A stretch of DNA of 64,000 bases from an uncultured virus (IMG/VR IMGVR_UViG_3300023105_000021) (taxonomy: Duplodnaviria > Heunggongvirae > Uroviricota > Caudoviricetes): the IMG/VR virus record IMGVR_UViG_3300023105_000021, one strand, 5' to 3'. Made by a program: the position numbers and the translations under genes. Positions within the stretch are counted from its first letter, which is position 1; each line of letters starts with the position of its first letter. Below the pieces are notes generated by a model, which was not told the DNA's origin, did no database searches, and saw only the letters and a list, made by a program, of their open reading frames with translations. Below, one piece after another: positions 19,102 through 28,722 of the stretch.

Positions 19102-19916
19102 AAATTTTAATTACTGGACACAAAGGATTTATTGGACAAAATCTAACTCTTAGATTACAAGACGAACACGAGCTATCAGGATATGAATGGCAAGCTGATT
19201 ATTTGCCTGAAGTTGAAGGCTATGATTGGGTTATTCATTTAGGTGCTATTTCAAGCACAGCTGAACGTAATGTTGATAAGATCATGTTACAAAATTATGA
19301 ATTTTCAAAATGGTTGTTTAATCAATGTAATCTAAAAGGTGTAAATTTTCAATATGCATCTAGTGCAAGTGTATATGGACCATACGAAAAGTTTAAAGAA
19401 GAAGATCCAAAACAACCACAAAGTCCGTATGCTTGGAGCAAGTATCTTTTTGATAGATGGGTTACTGGACTCTCAAAAAGAAACATTATAGTTCAAGGAT
19501 TTAGATATTTTAATGTATACGGTCCTTTAGAAGACCACAAAGGACATCAAGCAAGTCCTATAACTAAATTTACTAATCAAGCAAAAGAAACTGGTACTAT
19601 TTCTTTATTTGAAAACAGCGACAAATACAAAAGAGATTTTATTTTTGTAGGCGATGTATGTGAAGCACATAAAAAATTATTATCTAGTGATGTTTCCGAC
19701 ATTTATAATATAGGAACAGGAACTACTACAAGTTTTCAACAAATAGCAGACATTATTGCTAAAAAATATGATGCAAAAATTAAATATGTACCGATGCCGG
19801 ATCATTTAGCAAATCAATATCAAGAGTACACATGTGCAGACAATTCAAAATTAAGTAATATTGTAAAAATTAATTTTACAACAGTAGAGGAATATATAAA
19901 TGGATCAGCCAACTAG
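19098..19916 (+). CDS. hldD: ADP-L-glycero-D-manno-heptose 6-epimerase
   Basis: TGHKGFIG, HLGAISST, YASSASVYG, YAWSK, FRYFNVYGP.E.HKG, YQEYTCAD. Confidence 0.88.
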   Translation: MKILITGHKGFIGQNLTLRLQDEHELSGYEWQADYLPEVEGYDWVIHLGAISSTAERNVDKIMLQNYEFSKWLFNQCNLKGVNFQYASSASVYGPYEKFKEEDPKQPQSPYAWSKYLFDRWVTGLSKRNIIVQGFRYFNVYGPLEDHKGHQASPITKFTNQAKETGTISLFENSDKYKRDFIFVGDVCEAHKKLLSSDVSDIYNIGTGTTTSFQQIADIIAKKYDAKIKYVPMPDHLANQYQEYTCADNSKLSNIVKINFTTVEEYINGSAN

Positions 19917-20286
19917 AAAGTCAGGTGTAGATCAAAAAGGTTGGGGCTACGAAATGATTTGGGCCACAAATGATTTATACTGCGGAAAAATTATGGTGTT
20001 TACTAGAGCTGGAGCAAAAACTAGTATGCACTTTCATAAAGAAAAAGACGAAACTTGGTTTGTAAACAACGGCAAATTTAAGGTTGCATACATTGATACA
20101 AAAAATTCAAAACTACATGAAAAAGAACTTAATGAAGGCGAAGTTTGGAGGAATCCTCCATTACAGCCACATCAATTAATTTGTCTTTCGAAAGAAGGAA
20201 GTGTTACAGAAGTTAGCACTCCAGATAGTGTTGAAGACAACTATAGAATTATTCCCGGCGACAGTCAAGTATTAAGCGAAGAATAA
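19900..20286 (+). CDS. Cupin-fold protein (sugar isomerase-like)
   Basis: KGWGYE, SMHFHKEKDETW, PLQPHQL, EVSTPD..EDNYR. Confidence 0.75.
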   Translation: MDQPTRKSGVDQKGWGYEMIWATNDLYCGKIMVFTRAGAKTSMHFHKEKDETWFVNNGKFKVAYIDTKNSKLHEKELNEGEVWRNPPLQPHQLICLSKEGSVTEVSTPDSVEDNYRIIPGDSQVLSEE

Positions 20287-20287
20287 A

Positions 20288-20986
20288 ATGTATAGCATAA
20301 ACTGGAGCAATAAAAAATCAGACAACACTGTATCCGATAAAAAAGAATCTGCGATTCGATACAGTACAGATAAAACAGAAGAAGAATATAATATTCCATT
20401 CTACGATACTGTGAATAATATTGCACCAAAAGTTGTTGTAGGTTTAGATAGAGACGGTGTTATTAATGTTGATCGTGGAGACTATACCTACAAGGTAGAC
20501 GACTTTGAACCGATCGAAGGTAGTTTAAAAGCAATAGCTAAAATTCGTAGACTAGGTCATAAAATTGTTATTATAACAAATCAAGGCGGTATAAGTAAAG
20601 GCATTTATACTCAAAACGATGTTGACACTGTACATAATCATATGTTTAATTTATTAGGTGAAGCAGGCTGTGCAAGTATAGATGCTCTTTATTATAGCGA
20701 AACTAGTGCTAGATGGGACCAGTATGCAAAACCTAATACCGGTATGTTTAAAAGATGTGAAAAAGAATTTCCTTTTATTAAATTTTCAAAAGGATTTTAT
20801 GTAGGCGATAAAATATCAGATCTAAAAGCTGCTTTTAAAATGGGAGCAAAGCCTGTACTAGTAAAAACAGGCTACGGAAATGAAACGTTAAAAGAACTTA
20901 ACAAGTTTTCTAATCAAAAAATTAAAAAGAAAACTATTGTTTTTGATAATTTATCTAGCTTTGCTGATTGGTTATCTCGTCGATAG
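20288..20986 (+). CDS. gmhB: Heptose-1,7-bisphosphate phosphatase (HAD family)
   Basis: LDRDGVIN, ITNQGGI, KPNTGM, VGDKISDL, LVKTGYG. Confidence 0.85.
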   Translation: MYSINWSNKKSDNTVSDKKESAIRYSTDKTEEEYNIPFYDTVNNIAPKVVVGLDRDGVINVDRGDYTYKVDDFEPIEGSLKAIAKIRRLGHKIVIITNQGGISKGIYTQNDVDTVHNHMFNLLGEAGCASIDALYYSETSARWDQYAKPNTGMFKRCEKEFPFIKFSKGFYVGDKISDLKAAFKMGAKPVLVKTGYGNETLKELNKFSNQKIKKKTIVFDNLSSFADWLSRR

Positions 20987-21578
20987 CTATTCCAAAATTT
21001 GCACTAATAGTGGATCTTAATTCATCAGCCTTGTGTGTTGATACATAATGATCTAAACTAGCAGGAAAGAAAATAATATCCCCTTCTTCTAGCGGCGGCG
21101 TAACTCTTCTTCCCATAAACGGTTTGTTTGTAAAGCATTGTGCAAGATGTACCGGAAAATGACTGTAACTAGAATCATAAAAAGAAAAACTTGCACTGTT
21201 TGGTGGTAACTTTAACATATATGCACAGCTAATTACTAAATTTCCACCACTATGGGAATGTACTTCTTGGTATTGTCCTTTTGTATATCTATTTGCCCAT
21301 GCTTGTCCGTACATTTTTTCACATGCTTCTTGTGACAATCCTATAGAATATGCATATTCGTCTACTAAATTATAAACAGTTTTAAAAAACAAATGCCAAG
21401 GAAATAAACTATTTTTTTCATCATTTTGAATTGTTGTTCTACAGTCACAATCCCAAAATGTTGCTTGATCAAAATTATCTTCAGACTCAATAAAAGGAGT
21501 AAATCCTTTTAAAATTTCTTCGTGATTAGGCATTTTTGTTTTATATACAGGTGTGCCAAAAATTACATTAAGACTCAT
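20955..21578 (-). CDS. 2OG-Fe(II) oxygenase superfamily protein
   Basis: WANRY..G.YQEVHSH, EGDIIFFPASLDHYV, RSTISANF. Confidence 0.8.
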   Translation of the reverse strand: MSLNVIFGTPVYKTKMPNHEEILKGFTPFIESEDNFDQATFWDCDCRTTIQNDEKNSLFPWHLFFKTVYNLVDEYAYSIGLSQEACEKMYGQAWANRYTKGQYQEVHSHSGGNLVISCAYMLKLPPNSASFSFYDSSYSHFPVHLAQCFTNKPFMGRRVTPPLEEGDIIFFPASLDHYVSTHKADELRSTISANFGIAIDEITNQQS

Positions 21579-23361
21579 TTTTTACCTTTACTAACTTTTT
21601 CTTTTCTGGCAAATACAAATATTCAATTTTACTTTTTGCTAGTGTATGGAATGCATCTTCTAAAGTTTCAACTAGAGGATCGCCGCCTAAATTAAAACTT
21701 GTATTAAAAATAATCGGACAACCTGTCTTTTCTTTAAAGGCTTTAATCAAATCATAGTAGTTTGCATTTTGTTCTCTGTTAACAGTTTGAATACGGCAAG
21801 TTCCGTCTACGTGAATAATAGCAGGAATCTTTTCTTCTACTCCGGGCTGACAATTAACAGCATACATCATTGTAGGAGAGTTTTTCATACCTCGCAAGTC
21901 AAACCATTCATGCACATCTTCTTCTAGAATAGATCCTGCAAATGGGCGGAAATATTCTCTGTTTTTAACACGATTTACAAAATCTTTTCCGTCAGGATCT
22001 GTTGGATCATAAAGAATACTTCTATTACCTAATGCACGTGGGCCGTTTTCACTACGTCCTTGAAATATTGTAACAATATTTTTGTTTGTAATTAAGTCGA
22101 TAACATCTTCATTAGTAGCATCTGTAACTTCGGCAGAGTATTTTTTTGCTAGTTGTTGGATATCACCTTCTGTAATTTTATAATCTGGTCCTAGATAAAC
22201 AGTTTCAGCTTGAGAATCAATCGACATATCTTTAGTAAGACTTCTATGTAACCACAATGCTGCACCCATTGCAGTGCCGCCGTCATTTGAAACCGGCTCT
22301 ACATAAAGATTAATATCATTGTCTATCTCTTTTAAATAATGATAATTTGCAACACAATTCAACCCATATCCACCGCTTATAACAACATTTTTAATTCCTG
22401 TAGATTCAACAGCATGTTTTATTAGTTGAGTTACCGCTGCTTGAGATTCTACTTGTACTGCATATGCCATATCTCTTCTATTTTGGCATAGTGTTGCATC
22501 TTCTTCACCTTTGTCAATCAAATAACTATATAAATTTTCGTTTAGAATAGAACCGTTTGGATATCTCGGAACAAATAAACTTCTATTACTTACTGGAATA
22601 GGCAAATCAGTATATGGATCAAATACCGGAGGAATTAAATCATTAGGTTTACCATATGGAAATAATCCCATAGTTTTTCCAGCTTCAATGGCATCCCAGC
22701 CACAGTATTCTGTTACACCCTCATAACACTTAACAATGCCTGCTCTATCAGATAACGAAGTTGAAAATTTACCTATTTCTTTACCAAAAATATCTTGATC
22801 AGGTGCTGTAAGTTCTGCTGTTGGCAGATAGTCTCTACAACCCATAGTTTTAAAAAGAGTTTGTATATTGTCTGGATATGTACATTTATATAATGTTTCA
22901 GTTTCCCACATATGTTTTATAGATCCGTCAACTTCTAAATCAAAACAAGTCCCAGCACCGTCAACAATAACTGCTACTGCTTCTTCAAAGCCACTTCTAT
23001 AAAATGCTAAACTGGCATGCATTTTATGATGTAGTTTAGATACATCGATTACTTGTGGATGCGGATCCCAAGGCGGAGAATACTCTATTAGACCTACTTT
23101 TCTAGCAAGACCTGTGTAAATATCCTCAGCAGTATAATCAACTCTACCAGCTGTTTCTGCAAGAGTTTGTGTATGCGATATTACCATGTAATCAAGTTTG
23201 TCTGTATACTCTAAAATTTTTAGAATTGACGCTAACGGTCCTCCATCGTACTTTTTACGAGTAAGTCTTTCTTCTTCAATAGAAAAAACTATTTCTCCAT
23301 CTTTTAATAAGCATACTCCAGCATTGTGTCCTCTAGCAAGTCCTGCTATCCACATACTCAT
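21568..23361 (-). CDS. O-carbamoyltransferase (NodU/CmcH/TobZ family)
   Basis: GHNAGVCL, EEERLTRKK, HHKMHA, VDGAG, GKTMGL.PYG, SGGYGLNCVAN, GPRALGNRS, REYFRPFA, HVDGTCRIQTV, NTSFN. Confidence 0.92.
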   Translation of the reverse strand: MSMWIAGLARGHNAGVCLLKDGEIVFSIEEERLTRKKYDGGPLASILKILEYTDKLDYMVISHTQTLAETAGRVDYTAEDIYTGLARKVGLIEYSPPWDPHPQVIDVSKLHHKMHASLAFYRSGFEEAVAVIVDGAGTCFDLEVDGSIKHMWETETLYKCTYPDNIQTLFKTMGCRDYLPTAELTAPDQDIFGKEIGKFSTSLSDRAGIVKCYEGVTEYCGWDAIEAGKTMGLFPYGKPNDLIPPVFDPYTDLPIPVSNRSLFVPRYPNGSILNENLYSYLIDKGEEDATLCQNRRDMAYAVQVESQAAVTQLIKHAVESTGIKNVVISGGYGLNCVANYHYLKEIDNDINLYVEPVSNDGGTAMGAALWLHRSLTKDMSIDSQAETVYLGPDYKITEGDIQQLAKKYSAEVTDATNEDVIDLITNKNIVTIFQGRSENGPRALGNRSILYDPTDPDGKDFVNRVKNREYFRPFAGSILEEDVHEWFDLRGMKNSPTMMYAVNCQPGVEEKIPAIIHVDGTCRIQTVNREQNANYYDLIKAFKEKTGCPIIFNTSFNLGGDPLVETLEDAFHTLAKSKIEYLYLPEKKKLVKVKNES

Positions 23362-24338
23362 ACATTTTCTCCGAAATTTTCTTTTGGTTGTTTAGGTGCA
23401 GTCTTAATAGACTTACCTACAGTTTGTTTAATTGATTTTACGATATCATTAATATGTTCTTTGCTCATATTCATTGCTTTATCGTTTAATCTATCTGGTT
23501 CTTCTTCAGTACTTACACGTATAGGACTATAAACTCTTCTACCGTCTCCTATATCAAACACTGTTATATCTTTGTCATTTAGATAAGTTGTGTTGATAGG
23601 AAAAGTACTTCCTGTAATTACAGTTGCTTGTTTTCCTAAAGATTTTGCAATATGTTGTCCTACACTGTCACAACCTAAGAAATGATCAGCTGCTTCTATT
23701 ACACCTGCCCATATTCTAATATCCGGTATTTGAGGTTGTGCAAGCGGAGTGTTATCGCCGTCTTCATTATAAAATGGTAAGGGAAGTTCACTCATAATAA
23801 TAACACCATAATCTTGTTTCAGTTGATTAGCAATATCAAGCATATCTTCTGCTCTAAAACTTCTAGATGTTTGGTCTATTAAACTTTCTTCAACACCTCG
23901 GCCAAATGGTTGTATTACAATAACTTTATTAAATCCAGTAACATCTTTTACTTCTTGTACTACTGATTTTCCATTATGCTGTTCTGATTTATTAAGATAT
24001 ATGTTAGGTATAGGTACTTCTCTTATGCCTTGTTTATTAATTTCAATATCAAATGCTTGTGCAAGACTACATTTTTGATTATAATATTCCCATATACGAT
24101 ATGGTTCTGGACTTACACAATTTCTATCTTTGATATATTGTTCAAATAATCCTTTATGCCATACATCGTATGCACGTCTATGAAGTGTAGGATGTCCTTT
24201 ATAAAAGTCAGTTCCGCCTTCGCAAACAATAATAAAATCGTCATTTGGATTTTCTTTTTCATATAGTTCAAGTGCTGGAATTGAGGTTATAACACGACCG
24301 GCACCGCCGTTAATAAAGAATGCTGTAGATCTAGTCAT
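23358..24338 (-). CDS. GT-B glycosyltransferase, GT9 (heptosyltransferase)-like
   Basis: GGAGRVI..IPAL N-terminus, IVIQPFG and ADHFLGCDSVGQHIAKSLGK, matching the GT9 DSG..HLA.A.G motif. Confidence 0.7.
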   Translation of the reverse strand: MTRSTAFFINGGAGRVITSIPALELYEKENPNDDFIIVCEGGTDFYKGHPTLHRRAYDVWHKGLFEQYIKDRNCVSPEPYRIWEYYNQKCSLAQAFDIEINKQGIREVPIPNIYLNKSEQHNGKSVVQEVKDVTGFNKVIVIQPFGRGVEESLIDQTSRSFRAEDMLDIANQLKQDYGVIIMSELPLPFYNEDGDNTPLAQPQIPDIRIWAGVIEAADHFLGCDSVGQHIAKSLGKQATVITGSTFPINTTYLNDKDITVFDIGDGRRVYSPIRVSTEEEPDRLNDKAMNMSKEHINDIVKSIKQTVGKSIKTAPKQPKENFGENV

Positions 24339-24408
24339 TAAGATACCTTTTTGTAATTACAAAATATTTATAGTACACTTGATCCTATAATTACAAAAAT
24401 GGTTTCAT

Positions 24409-24439
24409 AAAAAAAGGCTGTACAAATATACAGCCTTTT
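24409..24439 (-). terminator. Rho-independent terminator
   Basis: aaaaaaaggctgta-caaata-tacagcctttt, ending the tail-fibre transcript before the GT9 unit. Confidence 0.8.
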
Positions 24440-24457
24440 AAGTTTTATATGTAACAG

Positions 24458-25297
24458 TTATTCACCGTATGGGTTATTAGAATCATAGCCTTCAACGCCA
24501 TACTCTTCATTTAGTTCATCACACTCTGGCCAACAAGAATCAACAAAGATTAAATCAATTCCTGCATCTTGCATTACTTGCGGAAAGTCTCTAAGACGTT
24601 GCTTGTATGTTTCGATGCCTGCGGCTCTGTCTGCATCTACGCTTGAAAAAACCATTGCCGGTGCATCTGCTTCGGCAAGTCTTTGGTTTCTCTCAACTTT
24701 TATCATAGGCCATGTCTGAGGTAGTCCCATTACATCTACGTTTGAATTTTTATATAGGTCTAACGAATTAGTTTCAAAGTTCCATATAGATTTTTTATCA
24801 TCGTATAACTCGTCTGGATGAATTGGATATTCGTATGAAAAATGTCCATACCCTTCAATCGGAGTTGCAGGGATTGTTTTTTCACCAGGAGTTTCCTCCC
24901 AATCTTCTAAATCTTTATAATTATCATGATAATCTGATAAAACTTCAGCACCCAATGGATCTACAGTAGCATCGAGTTTAATAAGTTCTACTTCTTCTGG
25001 AATTTGACTAAAATCTTGTGTGATTTCTCTTGCTTCAAATTCTCTCCATACAGACTCAAATGATCCTACAGGATTTGCTCCTTCCGTATCCTTCCAAGCA
25101 TAAAAATAAAGATACTTAGGTCCTTTATATGTCATACTAATTGTTTCTGTTGTTTCACCGTCTAGATAATTATCATTAGGACAATCATATGTATAATTTA
25201 CCTCAACCCACTCAGTACCGTGTTCATCAGTATCTGTTATAGTACGATAATCAACTACTTCGCTTTCTAATTCATCATTTAAATTGTCATCAGCCAT
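24458..25297 (-). CDS. Tail fibre assembly chaperone-like protein
   Basis: C-terminal W..I..ERNQRL..AD...Y.Q.LRD.PQ.....WP motif; very acidic. Confidence 0.6.
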   Translation of the reverse strand: MADDNLNDELESEVVDYRTITDTDEHGTEWVEVNYTYDCPNDNYLDGETTETISMTYKGPKYLYFYAWKDTEGANPVGSFESVWREFEAREITQDFSQIPEEVELIKLDATVDPLGAEVLSDYHDNYKDLEDWEETPGEKTIPATPIEGYGHFSYEYPIHPDELYDDKKSIWNFETNSLDLYKNSNVDVMGLPQTWPMIKVERNQRLAEADAPAMVFSSVDADRAAGIETYKQRLRDFPQVMQDAGIDLIFVDSCWPECDELNEEYGVEGYDSNNPYGE

Positions 25298-25300
25298 TAA

Positions 25301-26164
25301 TTATCTCCAAGTAATTCTTACTAGTCCAGGATTTCCAGGTGTACCTCTACAGTTTCCTAAATCCTGTCCACACGTTGCTTTAATTAGATTTGACCCTGCC
25401 TTGGCAATTTGTCTAAATCCTTTACAACAATTTGTACAACCGCAGTACTTAGTACCTGTCTGCATAGCATATTCGTGTCTATTTTTAATACCCCATGATT
25501 CTGATGTAGCACTTGCTCGTGAACCACAGTTCATGTTTGATCTGTATCTGTTAAAATAAGATTCGTTACCTAAGTCAACAAAATCCCATTTACAACCAAT
25601 ACATAGTCCTAAGTTACACATGCCTTCACTTCTGTTACCTTGGTTGATACAGAAGCATACACAATATAGATTGTATCCGCCTCTTCCGCCCGGTACACAT
25701 CCGCAACATATACCCGATCCGCTAAACCAACTACCACATCCTCTTGGTGCATCACAACAAGCCGTAAAACACCCACAACCGTTATTGGTTGTACCATTGC
25801 CGCCTGCTCCTACACAGTAGTTGTAACTACATCCTGGTACAAACTGTCCATCAATTCTTCTAATAGTCTTCCGACCATAATATCCAGCATAAGCGCCACA
25901 ACTTGCAATGTCGCAGAAACAGTTTCTACAACATTGGCCTGCTCCCGAGCCGCCGCCACTCCATACTTCAAATGTTATCTCTGATGCACACGTTGGTGCC
26001 GACCAACTTCCGCAACGTCCGCAGTGCGCTCGACATCCGTGCGGACCGTTACACACTGAGCATGTATTAAAACATTGAAACATGCCCCCAGAGGTAACAC
26101 CTTGTGTTCTTTGGCACGTTCCGTCTGGAAATCTAATACCATCTGCGTATAAACAAGTTGCCAT
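25301..26164 (-). CDS. Cys/Gly-rich tail-fibre-associated protein
   Basis: About 37 Cys in 287 aa; FEVWSGGGSG, VGAGG and G.PGLVRITW glycine-rich-domain frame. Confidence 0.65.
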   Translation of the reverse strand: MATCLYADGIRFPDGTCQRTQGVTSGGMFQCFNTCSVCNGPHGCRAHCGRCGSWSAPTCASEITFEVWSGGGSGAGQCCRNCFCDIASCGAYAGYYGRKTIRRIDGQFVPGCSYNYCVGAGGNGTTNNGCGCFTACCDAPRGCGSWFSGSGICCGCVPGGRGGYNLYCVCFCINQGNRSEGMCNLGLCIGCKWDFVDLGNESYFNRYRSNMNCGSRASATSESWGIKNRHEYAMQTGTKYCGCTNCCKGFRQIAKAGSNLIKATCGQDLGNCRGTPGNPGLVRITWR

Positions 26165-28369
26165 TTATTCCTCTCCTTTTAAACTATTTATTTCTGCTTT
26201 TAGTTCTTTGATTGCTTCAACTAATAATGGTACAAGTCTTTCGTATTGCAATGTTATGTAGTCATTGCCTGAAATACTTTCACCTTCTTCTCCTCTATCA
26301 AATGGAGCATCGTGAATCACTTGAGGAAGAACTTTTTGAACCTCTTGCGCTATTAAACCTACTTCTTCGACTTCAGCACTAAATCCAGCTTCAATGGCTG
26401 TTTCATTCCAGTTATATGTTATACCGTTTAGTGACATAACTTTATCTAATGCACTGTCAATGTTTTTAATATTTGTTTTAAGTCTTGCATCTGAAGTATT
26501 TGAAATAATATTTTCAGTAGCAGTAATACGTCCTGCAACGTTTGGATCTGCTGTGTTAACACCAATACAACGTACACTTGTAAGATTTTTGCTTGAGTCA
26601 AACAAATCATTGCCTGCCATTTTAATAGCACCAACGTTTACGTTAATACCTGTATCGTCTAAAATTTGGAACCAAATTTTATTTGAATCTTCTGGTTCTT
26701 TAAAGTCTAATCCTTCAGGTGTTGCAAGTATTTCACAGTCAACGCCTGAGTCACTTGAACCATTAAATGTAATACCTGGATTAGTAGTACCGTATAAGTT
26801 TATTTTACCGCCGTTATTATTAATAGTACCGTTAATAGTATGTGAGTCACTTGTTGCATTACCTAGTGTGCCGTTACCGTTATAACTAAAGTTACCACTT
26901 GCACTTAGACTTGTAAATGCACCTGAACTAGCACTACTTGCACCGATTGACATATTGTTAATTGTACCACTACCCGGGTTAAGTGTTAGTGACCCTGCTG
27001 GTGATATAGTAACTGTACCTGTACCACTTGGTGACATAGTTACGTTAGCATTATTTGGTGAAAATGTAACTGTTGAGTTAGCATCGAGTGTTGTAAACTG
27101 TCCAGTACTTCTTGATACGTTACCAATTGCGCCTACAAAGCCGCCTCCTGAATAAACACGTTTAGCAATACTTGCACCACCTTCACAACGTAACTGTCCT
27201 GTGTCACCTGTTGCATTTGTTGCTTCACCTGTGCCTGTAATATCTACTACACCACTTGCTGTTACACTTGTAAAAGTACCTGTATTGCTACTTACGTTAC
27301 CAATTGGACCTTGGAAACTACCTGAATAAAGTGCTCCGCTTACACCTAATCCGCCTGTTATAACTACTGTACCTGTTGTAGTATTAGTTGATGCTGTATT
27401 TGCTGTAAATGTTGTTGCACCGCTTGATGTTAGTGTAGTAAATGCACCTGTATTAGCTGTACCGCTGCCAACTGGCCCATTGATTCCGCCTGCGTAGATT
27501 GATCCACCTACGCCTACACCACCTGTTACAACTACTGCACCGCTTCCTGTTCCTGAACTTGCTGTTGCAGAGCTAAGTGTTACATTACCACTTGCGTTAA
27601 GTGTTGTAAATCTACCAGTTCCTGGTGTTGTAGCACCAATATTCATGCCATCTATTGTACCTGCACTGTCAGAACTAATTGTTACTGTAGTACCTGATCC
27701 TATTACTACTGGACCATCTGGATCTATAGTAACTGCTGAACCTGCATCTGTTGGAGAAATTGTAACAGTTTGTCCTGACGTTGTAAATTCAATGTTACCT
27801 GGAAAACTTGTAGTTTCTCCTGCATCACCGATTGATACTGTACCCGTACTAGAACTTAAATTTAAGTTTCCTGCAGGACGAATAGTTGCTTGTCCGCCTG
27901 GCTGTATTGAGACGGAGGATTGCGGACTAATGTCAACTGTTCCTGTTCCTGTTGGTTTAATTTGTACGTTTTCATCTGCAGGATTAAGTTCTACTGGACC
28001 ATCTGCATTTAGTACATCATTAAATGTAACTGGTAATTCAAATACTGTAGTACCTGCTAACGCACTTGTTAGAACGTAATTAGTACCGTCTGATGTTAAA
28101 GTATAAGTTGAGTTTGTTGGAATATCAATCTCAGTACCTAGTGTAACACCGTTACCAGTAATTTGTCCTGCTGCTGTACTAAGAGTAATCATATCAGCAG
28201 TAGCATTATAAAATGTTTGTTTGCTACCAGGGAAAAATACAGGACTTACCATTTCAACTGTATATCCCGGAGTTCCGGTTAAACTGATAATTCCACCTGT
28301 AAACGCATAGGTAAATTCTGTTGCTCCGGTTACTTCTAGCGTTTGTGGTGCTGTATTATAACGTGCCAT
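26165..28369 (-). CDS. Tail fibre with C-terminal intramolecular chaperone (peptidase S74)
   Basis: Gly/Thr/Ser-rich repeats (TG.FTTL.A, GGVGV.G..Y.G); SDARLKTNI...GLIAQEV...YERLVPLLVEAIKEL. Confidence 0.85.
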   Translation of the reverse strand: MARYNTAPQTLEVTGATEFTYAFTGGIISLTGTPGYTVEMVSPVFFPGSKQTFYNATADMITLSTAAGQITGNGVTLGTEIDIPTNSTYTLTSDGTNYVLTSALAGTTVFELPVTFNDVLNADGPVELNPADENVQIKPTGTGTVDISPQSSVSIQPGGQATIRPAGNLNLSSSTGTVSIGDAGETTSFPGNIEFTTSGQTVTISPTDAGSAVTIDPDGPVVIGSGTTVTISSDSAGTIDGMNIGATTPGTGRFTTLNASGNVTLSSATASSGTGSGAVVVTGGVGVGGSIYAGGINGPVGSGTANTGAFTTLTSSGATTFTANTASTNTTTGTVVITGGLGVSGALYSGSFQGPIGNVSSNTGTFTSVTASGVVDITGTGEATNATGDTGQLRCEGGASIAKRVYSGGGFVGAIGNVSRSTGQFTTLDANSTVTFSPNNANVTMSPSGTGTVTISPAGSLTLNPGSGTINNMSIGASSASSGAFTSLSASGNFSYNGNGTLGNATSDSHTINGTINNNGGKINLYGTTNPGITFNGSSDSGVDCEILATPEGLDFKEPEDSNKIWFQILDDTGINVNVGAIKMAGNDLFDSSKNLTSVRCIGVNTADPNVAGRITATENIISNTSDARLKTNIKNIDSALDKVMSLNGITYNWNETAIEAGFSAEVEEVGLIAQEVQKVLPQVIHDAPFDRGEEGESISGNDYITLQYERLVPLLVEAIKELKAEINSLKGEE

Positions 28370-28384
28370 TCTTTATTCCCCTAA

Positions 28385-28705
28385 TTACGTTGTAGATGTT
28401 TCAATGCCGTACACAGTAACTCCAACATTTGATGCATCTGTGTTTACTACTATATTTAGTCCACCTTGCATAACTAAGCCTGTGCGTTCAAACACACCGT
28501 TTGGAATAATAATTGTATTCCATTCGATCCATTCTTCATCATTTGGCACGCCTGTAGTTGCCATTGCTAATTTCATTGAAATAGCGTTTTGGTTTCTATT
28601 AGTAATTGAAACGTTTGCTACTGCATATGTACCGACCGGAACAGTATATACAGTGGTGTCTGTATTTAATGTTAAGTCTTGTACTCCTAGTCTTCCTGTT
28701 GCCAT
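28385..28705 (-). CDS. Small beta-rich virion protein (paralog family A)
   Basis: T.VYTVP...A.VSITN pattern shared with 48247..48576 and 59216..59563. Confidence 0.65.
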   Translation of the reverse strand: MATGRLGVQDLTLNTDTTVYTVPVGTYAVANVSITNRNQNAISMKLAMATTGVPNDEEWIEWNTIIIPNGVFERTGLVMQGGLNIVVNTDASNVGVTVYGIETSTT

Positions 28706-28722
28706 TTTTTAATTCTCCGTCC

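Noticed and set aside
17959..23361. Host LPS locus mis-assembled into the phage contig
   Set aside because: The promoter overlaps the end of the flanking NUDIX gene, composition looks like the flanks, and the transferase unit uses the phage TAAATA motif; read-level confirmation was not possible.
24458..28369. Diversity-generating retroelement or invertible fibre cassette
   Set aside because: No reverse transcriptase, recombinase or template/variable repeat pair seen in the window.
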